Assembly: GCA_964658305.1 (NCBI GenBank)
Contig: OZ210884.1
Span: 8,122,001-8,186,000, forward strand
Length of the DNA stretch: 64,000 nucleotides
Source: Leptogorgia sarmentosa
Lineage: Eukaryota
Reading direction: 5' to 3'
The notes below the pieces were generated by a model. It had not been told where the DNA came from. It saw only the letters and a program-made list of their open reading frames with translations, and ran no database searches. Positions within the stretch are counted from its first letter, which is position 1; each line of letters opens with the position of its first letter. The translations under genes were made by a program, and so were the position numbers. Positions 13,101 to 23,985 of the stretch are shown piece by piece.

Positions 13101-16100
13101 ATACACCTTTTCGCATGAGGCCTTGTGATTAGACATTACCAATCGTTCTAAGAACTGGAAGATTGCGCAACGTAGGCTATCGATATCTATCTCGTATGGT
13201 ATCCCAAGACGTTTCACGATGTTGGAAGCGAATTCGAATTCGTTCAGTTTTATACAATGCTGTATAGACCGTGTTATTACTAGACGTATGGCCCGGCTAG
13301 CCGCTAGGTTCTTGTTAGTGGTCGTGCAGAACGTAACCGAGCGCCGAAATCGCAAGACGAACGCATTGAAATTTAGACGCCCAGAATCGTTATTTACAGC
13401 AATGTTTATTGTTTATCATTCACAATTATTATCATTCACAATTTCTTTTCTTTTGAATATAGTTGACAATTAATTACAAAAACATGTCGAGCCTGGGTTC
13501 CATATTTGATTCGCTTATCATTACAAAAATGTTGTAAGTGTCGTAATCACAATGTTTTAAAAGAGAAGAATTCACTGACGTCATGATTGGTTAGGAAAGT
13601 GGCGTAGATTCCTATCAACGATCACGTCGCTGATTTCTTATTCATTCTTATCATCATGCAAACCAGCTCTAGCCTGGTGAAAAACGGTGTTTAACATGAC
13701 TATTAATTGAACTAAATATGACTATAACCCTCAATTGAAAATTTACCACGCCAAAGTGATGGGAGGGAGAGAGGGGCAAGCAGTTATCATCGGGCACTTT
13801 CACAGATAAAATGTTATAGTGTCAGACGTTTTGCTCATGTCAGAAAACATTTTGTATCACAAGGGCGAAATTCGTTGTCGACCAATCAGCACATTTGTTT
13901 ACCTTTTCCGCGCAAAGCCAATCAGAACGCGTAAATTGTTAGTCATGTATTTCAGTCGTAAATATAGAATGCCTTGGCGAGGCCTGATTTCTTACTTTTC
14001 TGGACATATTTGAACTCAATTCTATAAAATATAAGATTTTCTAAACATTTGCCGCTGGGTTTTGCGTTTCATCATTTATTTATGAAATTATTCGCATTCA
14101 AAAAAAGTCATCACTATCAAATAGCTCATTCTGGGAGACTAAATAATTGTACGCTACAGATAACTGGACTAATAAAAGTTTCCTGAAATGAAAATGCATA
14201 AAAAATGTTTAAAAACCATTCCCATGACGACAAAATTCCCCATCCTATCAGTAATGCTTCGTGGAAGAGAAGCGTTCTAAATATGCCTATTATTTCCACT
14301 TTTTCCTTCAGTCCTGTTAACAAGAGCGTTGGAGTTAATTACGTGGCAAGATTCAGAGAAACAACAGGAATAAGTTATGAAAAAGTTATCGAAGAGTTAG
14401 CTGCAACATTTAATGTGACAAGTAATGACATTAAATATCTCGGCAGTAGCGGTCTTCAAATTGGAAAAGCCACTATAGAAGGTAAAGTGGGATAGATAGA
14501 ATTGCACAGATTCAAAACATATTATAGTAAATAATTTGATGAATAGGTTAGGTCTATATTAAATTTCTCCGTCCACCATTATAATTATTTTGGACCCCAT
14601 AGCTTTCCTCGAACCATCGAACTCTGCATGTTTTATCATTTATATAGCTAGAAGAGTGAGTGTAACTTCCATACCTGATAATTAATTAATTATCAATTCG
14701 AAACGATGAGTAGCCGTCCATTGGATACTATACATGCCGTAAAACTCTCACTTGTTCAAGGATGAAAAAAACAGGATGCATGCAACAATGTTGTTTTGCC
14801 CGCATTTTTCATACTCGTCATCCGTCAACAATATTAATTTTTCAGCATTGTTTTGCATCTATTGCGTGCGGGTTCAGCCCTCAAGAATGCTGAAAAATAT
14901 TGTTGACAACTATGAACCATGTGGGCGGCGCAACATTTTTGTTGCATCCTGTTTTTATCAACCAAGAACAAGTGAGAAATGTTCAGGCATGATATATATG
15001 CCACTTTCGTGTATGCGGTGGGCTCTTACTTGTCTATAGCTAATTTTATGTCATTTTTTCAGATTACGATGAATGTAATCCGGCGAAAACCATCCATATA
15101 CGAGATTGTGCTAACATTTCGTCATGTGTAAACACAGATGTCAGTTATAGTTGCACTCCAGGACCAATTGGTGAGTATACCCTAATAATGGGTTGTTATC
15201 AAGACGTTAAGCTTAAACGATGGATGAGCAAAATTTTAAAAACATTCCTATTCATTTTGCAATTAATTGATCCTATAAATTATATCAACTAAATGCGTAG
15301 TTCTATGCATTGTTGTTATGTTTAAACAGAAAAGTTTAGTTTGCTTGTAGTCAATACGTAGTTTATAATTTTGTTTAGTATTAATACCCAGCATTTAAGC
15401 TATAAAAAGCCTTTGGTACAACCGCCCCCCCCCCCCGGATGTCTGACGATTTCTCTATTAGATTATTTGATATATTGACTTCCTAAAACCAATTAAATTT
15501 AATTACTCCTTATAAAATTTTATTTAAATGTTCTGGCGTAAAAAAATGTTTTAACTAAAATGAGTATTCTCCTTTGTACGTTTTTTTCATTATGTAAAAG
15601 AAAACATGAAATCGACCTCGCGTTTTCGCGCGCCCGGTGTGTCTAGGAATTTAACAACTTTAAATTGCACTAATTTTAATTAGTGCTCTTTAATTTCGAA
15701 TAAAGAATAGATGTGGTTCTTTTCCCAAAAGCAGAATTTCAGTACGTAGTTTGTCAATTTATGCAAAATGTCCATTCAAACAGGAGGATAACTTATCACT
15801 TTCACGGAAAGAATTTCAACTTTCATGGAAATCAAAAATCTAGAAAAACAGCTGCAAATCTAAAATGTTGAACGCTATTGACATTTAATCTCTGCATAAA
15901 TTCATTATAATTTTATTATAATTTTTTCACAGAATCCAAAAAAGACGGCATTAGTGCAACTGCGTTCGCAGGTGCGATGGTTCCAATCTCCTTGAGTTTT
16001 CTAGTTACTTGTTCGGTTATTTTGGTTGTATTGTTTAGGTAAGTGGTGCTGCAGAATTAAATGTTAAGTAAATTGCAATAAATTAAAAGACTTTTTCCCA

Positions 16101-16671
16101 ATTTTCTTTGCGCTGATTGGCTGGCTAAAACCTTTCAAGAATCATGTGAATTACATAATTAATTACACGATCCGAGCCCGCGTTGAACAACGCTAAATGT
16201 TGGTATTCCTAATTTATTGTCAATTTTGAACATTTGTAATGCACTAGCTGATTCATTGTATATACTATGATATTTTTCGCGGGGGGATAGCGGGAAATAT
16301 ATAGCCATTGGGGATTTGACATGCATGTTTGTGCCGTTCAGTTAACTAAAAATATTTTCTGAGCTGGAGCAAATGTCTTCTTGGAGGTGTTTTTGGCTGG
16401 TGAAATTTTCAAAAATTGACCTAATTTAGCTGTCTTTCGTGGAAAAACATTCTTTATCTGTTTTGGTTTTAGGCTTTGTAAACGAGATCGAGACAGAATG
16501 TATGGTGATACCTATGATATTTATGAAGTTACTACTCGGTCAACCCACATGGTAGGATATTATGAAAATGATGAACTTTACCATGACGATGAAAGTTATG
16601 AACTTGACCTTCACAAGGAAAATTACGAACCTGACATAAAGAATGCACTGCCAGATATACCGCATGCCTGA
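7167..16671 (+). CDS. Single-pass membrane protein: signal peptide - Calx-beta - 10 cbEGF - SEA - truncated EGF - TM - Tyr-rich tail
   Basis: Frame-consistent GT-AG exons: 7167-7236 (MLMKLNRLLLLLIISIHFL), 7356-7461 and 7798-8024 (Calx-beta: NGTATGLDY..NDSDSEGFETFTV..ATVTITD), 8751-8861, 9501-9626, 9793-9909, 10119-10244, 10458-10583, 10816-10941, 11085-11210, 11422-11547, 11773-11889, 12255-12398 (DIDEC..N..GSFQCTC..GYTGNG..C), 12900-13015, 13463-13533, 14312-14481 (SEA-like), 15063-15170, 15933-16038 (TM), 16473-16671 (TGA). Confidence 0.85.
8055..8165. repeat. Dispersed repeat fragment with an inverted copy at about 42085-42191
   Basis: acgaagattttctgtagtcacgtatctcgcgctc...gaaatataaatttcaaat...ggtttctcagtcg matches the reverse complement of 42085-42191. 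Confidence 0.7.
9770..11640 (+). repeat. Tandem exon+intron duplication array (six EGF units of roughly 270-360 bp)
   Basis: Exons 10119-10244 and 11085-11210 differ at one synonymous base, and their downstream introns are highly similar. All six units share tctggttacacaggaaacggaac.ttttgtgaag|gt. Confidence 0.9.
15190..15430. mobile_element. Diverged copy of the MITE at 56241-56482
   Basis: Collinear similarity: agcttaaacg.tggat..caaaattttaaaaaca.tcctattc.ttttg..tagttctatg..gttatgttta.acagaa. Confidence 0.6.
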
Positions 16672-16907
16672 ACAATTGTCAATATAGACGATGGCCAAAA
16701 CAAGGAAACATTGTTACGGGGGAAAAATTTGCTTCTCGCGAAGCAAAAACATTTTTCTCAATAAATTCAGAAATATTCATTTTTTGCGCGGAAAAATTTT
16801 TTCCGAATTAGCCCATAGCTAGATTTCCAGCACAATTAATAGGCATGCGCAATGCGCAAGAACAAGCCAAATGTCTCCACCGCCATGTTCCCTAGGATGA
16901 CGACCTG

Positions 16908-17042
16908 GGGCCGGTTGTATAAAACTCGTAACTACCCGTTTCGTGGTTAAATGGTAGTTAACTTTGAAATACGCGTTTCTGATTGGTCAATTTTCGCACT
17001 TAACTATAGTTCACTTTAACTACGTTTTCATACAACTGACCC
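16908..17042. mobile_element. PIF/Harbinger-like MITE
   Basis: GGGCCGGTTGTAT...ATACAACTGACCC with CWG flanks. An inverted copy at 51217-52966 is split by the Tc1 element. Confidence 0.7.
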
Positions 17043-17169
17043 CAGATGACAGCTAAATTTAAACTTACCAAGCATGCGTAGTCTAGTTGATCATTTTTTG
17101 CTGGGCCGCATTAAAAAAGTGGGTACATGAAAATGTCATTTTTGAATATTTAGTTCCCACTAATAATTA

Positions 17170-17435
17170 TAACGTGTTCTCGCCGACAAATACACTGTAT
17201 TGTCGCCGAAAATATACTTTATAATGTTCTACAAAAATACTATATTGTGGCCGACAAATAGATTGTATTTTGGACGACAAATATACCAACAAAGAAATAG
17301 TATTGTAGCCGACAAATACACAATATTCTCATCTACGAATGAACTTTATTGAGGCCGATAAATACACTGCAGTATTGTCTCCGACAAATAAACTATATTC
17401 TCGGCAACAAATAAACTGTAATTCTAGCCGAAAGA
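17170..17435. repeat. Degenerate minisatellite of about 23-bp units (gccgacaaatacactgtattgtc)
   Basis: About ten adjacent imperfect copies of ccgacaaata..ctatatt. Confidence 0.7.
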
Positions 17436-18161
17436 TAAAAGTTCTTGACATTTATTCTATAACAATCCTTAAAAACAGGAATTCTGCATCATTTCGGTTT
17501 TTGCCAATGTAAAAACTATTGTCAGACTTCACCTACTTTGGGAAAAATTAAGGAATTTTATAATTGTTACGATGGATTTTTCAAAATTTGTATGGTGAAC
17601 ATGTATATGAAGTATCCTCGGCTTGTTTTTGCGAAAAAAATGGCAAGAAATACACGGTTTTTGGTGGTAAAAGATAATTGTTTTGGAATTACACCGGGTT
17701 ACCTGTTTAGTTCCAACTGTTTTACGTCCTGCCCCAACTGAAAGTGAGGTTTTTTACTTCTATATTTCAAAAAAATGACTATGTTTCAATGTGCCAGAGT
17801 TTGCTCTTCAACCAGCAAAAATATATATTTTGAAAACTCTAGACAGTCCCAAACCTGTTTTGTAATGAAAGCAATTTTATTTTGTTTATAAACATAAGGA
17901 CTTTTCGTGATTTTCATTTTTGCTTTTTTTTTGTCGTAAAAGCACAACTTTTATAGTTTTATATTACATGTTATAAAAATTTGATTATTATTGTCGATGT
18001 TTATATGAATTTTACAAAATTATTTTGAATTATAAATAGAGAAGAACTTTATGGATATAAAAATGGTGTTTTTTAAAAATATTCGCAGAAGGACTGGGTC
18101 AACCTACAAAGAGCAAAGACTTGGCTTCAATCCCCCCCCTCCCCTCCCCCCCCCTGTCAAG

Positions 18162-20987
18162 ATGGCCGAAACTGGAGCAGTAAGGGCTCATGTACAAGAT
18201 GATTTTGTTTGTGTTGAATGTGGCTTAAAATCTGAGGAAGTATACAAAGAATTCAAAGGCGGAAGCTTTAAACTATGTATTTGTGTAGGTATTCTGTGAT
18301 ATATTGAAGGTGTCAATAAACAATGGGAAATACTGGAATAATCATAGAATACCTGGCCTAAGTCACAAACTCTTACTGAGAATGAAGCAATTTTGCCTGT
18401 TGATTTTGAAGTTAATTTGACATATTTAGCCTAATTAACATGCACTTTTGCCCATAAATTGACCAGGGTATTCTATAATTCTACCAATCACATTTATTGC
18501 AGTTGGGTTGTATTTGTGTTTGTCAGTTATATTGGCCAGTATAAATTATGGTTTATAAAGATCTTTGTAAGTTTGCTCTTGCTTTTGTTTACATTGAACA
18601 GAAACATTGCAATCAGAGAGTTGACAAGTATGTAGAGTTTGACACAGTTCTTGTGTTTCTGGACATCATTTTGCATAAAGTTCAAGCTTATCGACATCTG
18701 GTGTTCAATAAACCTCCAAAGGTTTGAATTGCAAATTGCATTTTTAGCGTAATATTTTGTAAATACAAAAAAGCTGCAATCTAATATTAAATTTTTTCCT
18801 TATGGCGAGATTTCGGCAAGCTAGCTGGTAGCATGTTTGGTAGGGAGCACAGCACACAATGAACTGAAGCATAGCCAGGCTGGGATTATTTTGAAGGCAT
18901 TTTCTTCTTGCTTTCAAACTGTTTATAGTGTTTAGGGTTGGACTTGTTATATAGGGTTATGGTCAGGTTTAGCATTTGGGTCTGGTTCATCTTATAAAAA
19001 TATTGGACTTTAAGTACAGTCAGTATATTGCCGGCAGTTTACTGCCTGTCCTCCAGTCTCTTATATTTTTTCCAAGAGCGTAAGCATCAACAAAGTATGC
19101 AAGCAAGGGAGACAGAACCATGGATGAAGTTGGGCAACCATCCCCACAAAAGTTAACTTGTATTTGTATATTGGCCTACTAATTGGTTGATACTAATCAT
19201 GAAAAATCCTTAAACAAATTTTTTCTTTGCTAATATATAGGTTTATTGGCAATTAGGTATAATATATCTTCTTTGTGACTCTTGTATCCTTTCTTGTAAT
19301 ATGTCATGCCACTTCAGTTTATTTCACCACAGTAGCTCAAAAGAGTCCAGTTTTTTATATGGCATTCAGTGGGACTGCATTTTAATGACAGTAATATGTA
19401 TATAAATACCTGTGATGTCACTAGTATGTGCGTAACCCCCCCCCCCCACAACCCCCCAAAAAACGTTGGAACTATTTTTACACTAAAAAATATAAAGAAC
19501 ATATCAATAAAATCAGATCAAAAATTTTATTAACGTCTCGTTATGTTCTTGTTTACGAAACTACATGCAGTAGGAAAACATTCATCTTTGGTTATCTCTG
19601 TTTTCACGAAACATACTGTTTTCCTTGGGCTTAAATATATAACAAAGTATCCTAGAAATTTTCTTAAACTTGTCTCAAGACATCAAGTGGTACAACGTGA
19701 AGCATAAAGGATCTCATGAGTTTGGAACCATTACAGATTTTTCCGTACTTGAAATGCAATTCTATTATATGTTCTTATTGTCCTGTTGTGGTATGTATGA
19801 AACTTAGGTAGTGATAATACGTTAAGAAGTACTTATTCACACAAAATATTTGACAAACACAGGAACAACTTTTAATTCCCTAAAAAGCATTTTTACTTTT
19901 AAAGGGTATGGGCAACAAAAAACATTCTTCGTTCATTTGAAAGAAGTTTTAAAATCGTTTAATTAAAGTATTCAAATTCACTGTGGAGACTTTAAAGTGA
20001 CATTCGTGGTCTTTTCATCAATGAGTAGCCCAAACCTGGCTTTTTTTATGAAAAAGTTATTGATCAGCTATTTTGAATTGTACAATTAAACATTCCTGGT
20101 TATCAATACATGTTCATTACATTCTTAATCATTCCGACATTTCACATTTTCACTAAACATTTTCACTTGGACGTTTCTGATATTTTAGAGACGATCGTCT
20201 TTTTGTCAGCTGTTCTTGTAGCATTAAAGTGCTACACTTACTGGAGTAATTTTACAATTCCAAGGTAATTTGTGCACTAATATTGAGTTACTAACTGACT
20301 TCTTGAAAAGAATATTCTTGCTTGTTAAAATATTTTCATCCAAAATACATCAAAAATGTATTCCAGTTGGACCATCTATGCTTGAAAATTATTGTCAGAG
20401 AGAACAATTTCAAACTTGAAAATCATTGCCAAAGAGGGATTTAAAGCTTACAAAGATGAAAAAAGATTTACGATTGAGAATCTTTGTCTTAGAAAAACTC
20501 AAGGCTTCAAAATCACTGACATAGAAAAAATAATCAAGACTTTAAAAGGCATTGCCAGCCTACTTCTGTATAAACGCTAATATAGACACTGGCAAAGGGT
20601 GCAAATTCAACCCAATAGTCTCTAATAGATGTTTGCTATTGTACTTCAGGTACGGGGCTATACTCCGTGTTATGTTATTGTCTAGTTTTGGTAAATTCCT
20701 GGCATTTCCTGCAGTTGTCTGGGGTCAAACTCACAGCGCTGTTTATCTGGGACTAGCAAGATTGTTTATTTTCACTTCAAATGTTGTTGGCTTTAAAGGT
20801 ATGGCACCTCAATCTTGGTAATTCAGGTGTGGATATATTGTTTAATACGTACTACATTTGCTTCTTTCCAGTTCTCTTTGGCAACATACTACCTGCGATA
20901 TTCATAATTGCGGTTGGCAATGGTATGATGTACAGTTTTATAGCAGTCTACAGAACATTGCAGTTGCACGAGTACCGTGTACCGTAA
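18162..20987 (+). CDS. ARV1: Protein ARV1 (ER membrane, sterol/GPI homeostasis)
   Basis: Exons 18162-18284 (CVECG..VYKEF..KLCIC), 18602-18721 (KHCNQRVDKYVEFD..LDIILHKVQAYRHLVFN), 19241-19283, 19680-19790, 20189-20264, 20650-20798 (MLLSSFGKFLAFPAVVWG), 20872-20987 (TAA). Arv1 homology domain Zn motif plus TM segments. Confidence 0.92.
19284..19679 (+). other. U12-type (minor spliceosome) GT-AG intron in ARV1
   Basis: 5' site GTATCCTTT. Branch-like TTTTCTTAAAC at 19659-19669, about 10 nt before an AAG acceptor with no pyrimidine tract. Splicing restores CDS-Y-IKW. Confidence 0.8.
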
Positions 20988-21164
20988 CGCGCCAAATAGA
21001 GCACCTTGGGTGTCACACCTTGATATGGTCGTAGCTGGTACCGAGACACGGAATCTGTTCGCATGCACTTCGTATAAGACGCTTCAGGCGTAAATTAAAT
21101 TGATATTGGTTATTGATATTATGACTGTAGCAGATCTACCAAAGTTGATGAGTTCACGGAATCG

Positions 21165-21247
21165 TAGCCTGCCTCACAGACACTCGCGGGCGGAAAAGGA
21201 GACGCTTAGTCTGTGTTGATCACAAATACAGACTGTGTCGTAGTCTA
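21165..21247. mobile_element. Tiny degenerate TAGCCTG-ended (Academ-like) element
   Basis: tagcctgc...gtagtcta flanked by an imperfect 9-bp direct repeat, acggaatcg / acggagccg. Confidence 0.35.
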
Positions 21248-22056
21248 ACGGAGCCGGCGATATCATAGTATTATGATACATGTACCAATACAGGGTCCCT
21301 CCGTCGAATCTCAAAAAAAATGTGCCAGTTTATAATAAATAGTTTTGTATTTATGCCCGTTTGAAACCTTGCTTACATGGTAATCGAATGACTTGATGTG
21401 AATACGTGCATGGCTGTACCTTTTTCTGTTGTAAATGAAAGTTCCGAGCAGTCGCCAAACAAGTTTAACAACAACAAGTTAGAGTGATGTGTTAATCGTG
21501 CTCAGGGTGTCAATGGACTTTTGCATAATGACGTCACAAGAGGTAATGCGTCCAGGGAATTCTGGTCCTGGTAGTCACGTGTTTGAACCCTACAGGCATC
21601 ACCCCTTGTGACGTCATCATGTATAAGGTCCAATATCTTTGTTCTGTAATCTTTACAACACGAGGGCCATTTACCATCACGAACCAAAGGCGAATAATTA
21701 CAGGATGTAGTCTGTAAAACACAGTTGCGCGGGCTGTAATTGTTATTATTGATTTTCACCCTACGGTTACAAAAAAATTGGCCACAATAAATCTATTTTA
21801 GAATATTAAAATATCTAATAATCATATCAATATCAATTACTTTTTTTTAATTATTTTAGTTTATTTAATAATCGAATAAAATACCAACGTGTTCCCCAGT
21901 GCACAACATAGCGTAGCTCTATTTCCAAAAATATCCTTTTTTCGTGTGCTCCCCGCCCAGTGCACCAAGTTTTCACACTTACCATTAATCTCTTTTGAAA
22001 TTACTTTAAAATTAATTTTAACCATATTAAATTCACCAACTCTAACTAACAACCAT

Positions 22057-22202
22057 CAGGGTTGTTAGTATTCGTGAATTGGGCCAAACTTTTGACAATG
22101 TTCTTTGTTTTCCTTTATATTATTAGCATGTTGTTTACATTGTTTTCCTGATGGCCCTAATGATGGTTTGGCCTAATTATTCACGAATACTCACAAACCC
22201 TG
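22057..22202. mobile_element. Palindromic MITE with CAGGG..CCCTG termini (hAT-like)
   Basis: cagggttgttagtattcgtgaatt.ggccaaac ... gtttggcctaattattcacgaatactcacaaaccctg. No clean TSD seen. Confidence 0.6.
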
Positions 22203-22311
22203 CATGCATTTACCTATCTGTAAATTGGATGGCAAAATTTTACATTGTTTGATATTTTAGATACTAATAAACATATTTTAACCGATATATAGATAAATAT
22301 TGTATCAAATA

Positions 22312-23985
22312 CTACGTATTTTGTATCAGTTCCAGTTTCCGCCTCATGCATGGACTAAGGATTTCTTCTAGTTCATGTATACGTCGCATAAATCTACATC
22401 TATCCACCGCTTCGAGTTCCCAGGTTCCTTTGCGAGCTTCACGGTACGCAAAGTCCCAATGTACCATCTGGTGTACCTTAACAAGATCGTCATCTTTTTG
22501 AAAACAAACTTTCTTTCGTGATTTCTTTTTCTCCGTATGACAAGGAGTGGTTTTCAAATCGCTTGGTAGATTTCCATTAGTGACTTCGTGATAAGAATTT
22601 CTAACAGGAGATACGTCGCTTTCAGAAGAGTTATTACTGACGCAAAACGAGCCTGCGAATGTTTTTAAACTGCCTGTATAAGTAATTTCAGAAGTGAACT
22701 CATCGCAGTCCACACATTCATCGGCATCAGAGGAATTAAGTTTATGAGAATCAGACGTTTGACCAATACCACCTGGACGAATACCAATTTTCAGAGAAAC
22801 GCACGACTCTTTATTCGCATTTCCAGAATTTTGATGAACAGAAGTATTCATGGAAATATCGAAACGGCTTGTAGAATTTGCACTAACGGAGCAGGATAGT
22901 TCAGCTGGGGTGCGTGTATTTAAAGTAAAGTTCAACCCACAACCATCTGTTTCCTCGGAGCTACTTTCATGGAAGAAAATAAAGTCATCATCAGAATAAT
23001 CATCATCATCATCATAACTGTCAGAACATTTGTCACTGAACATTGAATCGCATTCTTCACAGACCAAAAACTTGTATTTCTCACCAAGCGGTTTCTGTTC
23101 TAGAGGGTCTCGTATATCAATGAAGAACGATATGGATTTGCGTATTCTATCTACCCCACCCATTCCGTCTTTACCGAGACAAGCTGTTCGATTGGCGGCC
23201 GTTCTTATCATTGTTGAAATATATAATCTGTCCAAGTCAATTTGGCTTGTGCAATGGAAGGATGAATCTACAAAACAACTATCTATTAAATGTTTACTGT
23301 TTAAATCGATTTGGCAGCGTGTTCTAGGAGGGTAAACTGGATCTTCAATACCACTGTCAAGTCTTTGAAAACTAAAATTTGCTGGAGGTCGGTTCTGACA
23401 CTGTTCGATGCAATTCGGATCTTCAGTTTCCTGGTATTGTTTTGAATTTAAGAAAAAATAAGTAAAGTCTGATTCTGTTTCACACTTCTTTTTCCAAGAA
23501 CGTTCACAAGTTTGTTTTAGAAAGGTAACTGGCCTGTTTTCCTCGAAGAAACTTGTTAGGACAGGTCTAATTGGTCTGATGTACTCCAGGCAACCTTTAG
23601 AAGACTGTTGAGAGTTTAACCTAAAATCTAATTCAGAATCACGTTCTTTATTCCGGAAATCTTTACTTGCAGAGTCGATTTGTTTGTTTCCCGGTAATGT
23701 AATAACTTGGCTGCGTTGTTCTACAAGGTTCGTTTTGCAAGGTGCAAATGGCGAAGTATAGGAATTAAGTTTATTCCACAGGTTCAAAACAACAGAACTG
23801 TCTTTCTTGCATTCATTTTGCAATTGGTTCACGGCTAAGACGGTGTCTACAGTATTGAAATAACTGGATATTTTTGGGACTGTGTGTTCCTTAACTCCAA
23901 CACCGCCATTGGTATCCATCATGTTATTGTTTTCACCTTGATACCCACTATTCATGTAGGGCAAATGTGAGAAATAGTTTCCCAT
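22312..23985 (-). CDS. PPP1R15: Protein phosphatase 1 regulatory subunit 15 (GADD34/CReP family, eIF2-alpha phosphatase targeting subunit), 557 aa from MGNYFS
   Basis: C-terminal RKKVCF (RVxF) followed by VHQMVHWDFAYREARKGTWELEAVDRCRFMRRIHELEEILSP, the PPP1R15/ICP34.5 domain. Acceptor ttttctcag lies 5 nt before ATG 23985, and a candidate non-coding exon ends at 25174 (AAG|GTTAGT). Confidence 0.88.
   Translation of the reverse strand: MGNYFSHLPYMNSGYQGENNNMMDTNGGVGVKEHTVPKISSYFNTVDTVLAVNQLQNECKKDSSVVLNLWNKLNSYTSPFAPCKTNLVEQRSQVITLPGNKQIDSASKDFRNKERDSELDFRLNSQQSSKGCLEYIRPIRPVLTSFFEENRPVTFLKQTCERSWKKKCETESDFTYFFLNSKQYQETEDPNCIEQCQNRPPANFSFQRLDSGIEDPVYPPRTRCQIDLNSKHLIDSCFVDSSFHCTSQIDLDRLYISTMIRTAANRTACLGKDGMGGVDRIRKSISFFIDIRDPLEQKPLGEKYKFLVCEECDSMFSDKCSDSYDDDDDYSDDDFIFFHESSSEETDGCGLNFTLNTRTPAELSCSVSANSTSRFDISMNTSVHQNSGNANKESCVSLKIGIRPGGIGQTSDSHKLNSSDADECVDCDEFTSEITYTGSLKTFAGSFCVSNNSSESDVSPVRNSYHEVTNGNLPSDLKTTPCHTEKKKSRKKVCFQKDDDLVKVHQMVHWDFAYREARKGTWELEAVDRCRFMRRIHELEEILSPCMRRKLELIQNT

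Noticed and set aside
17170..17435. Regularly spaced repeats resembling a CRISPR array
   Set aside because: Units are adjacent and degenerate with no unique spacers, there are no cas genes, and the context is eukaryotic. It is a minisatellite.
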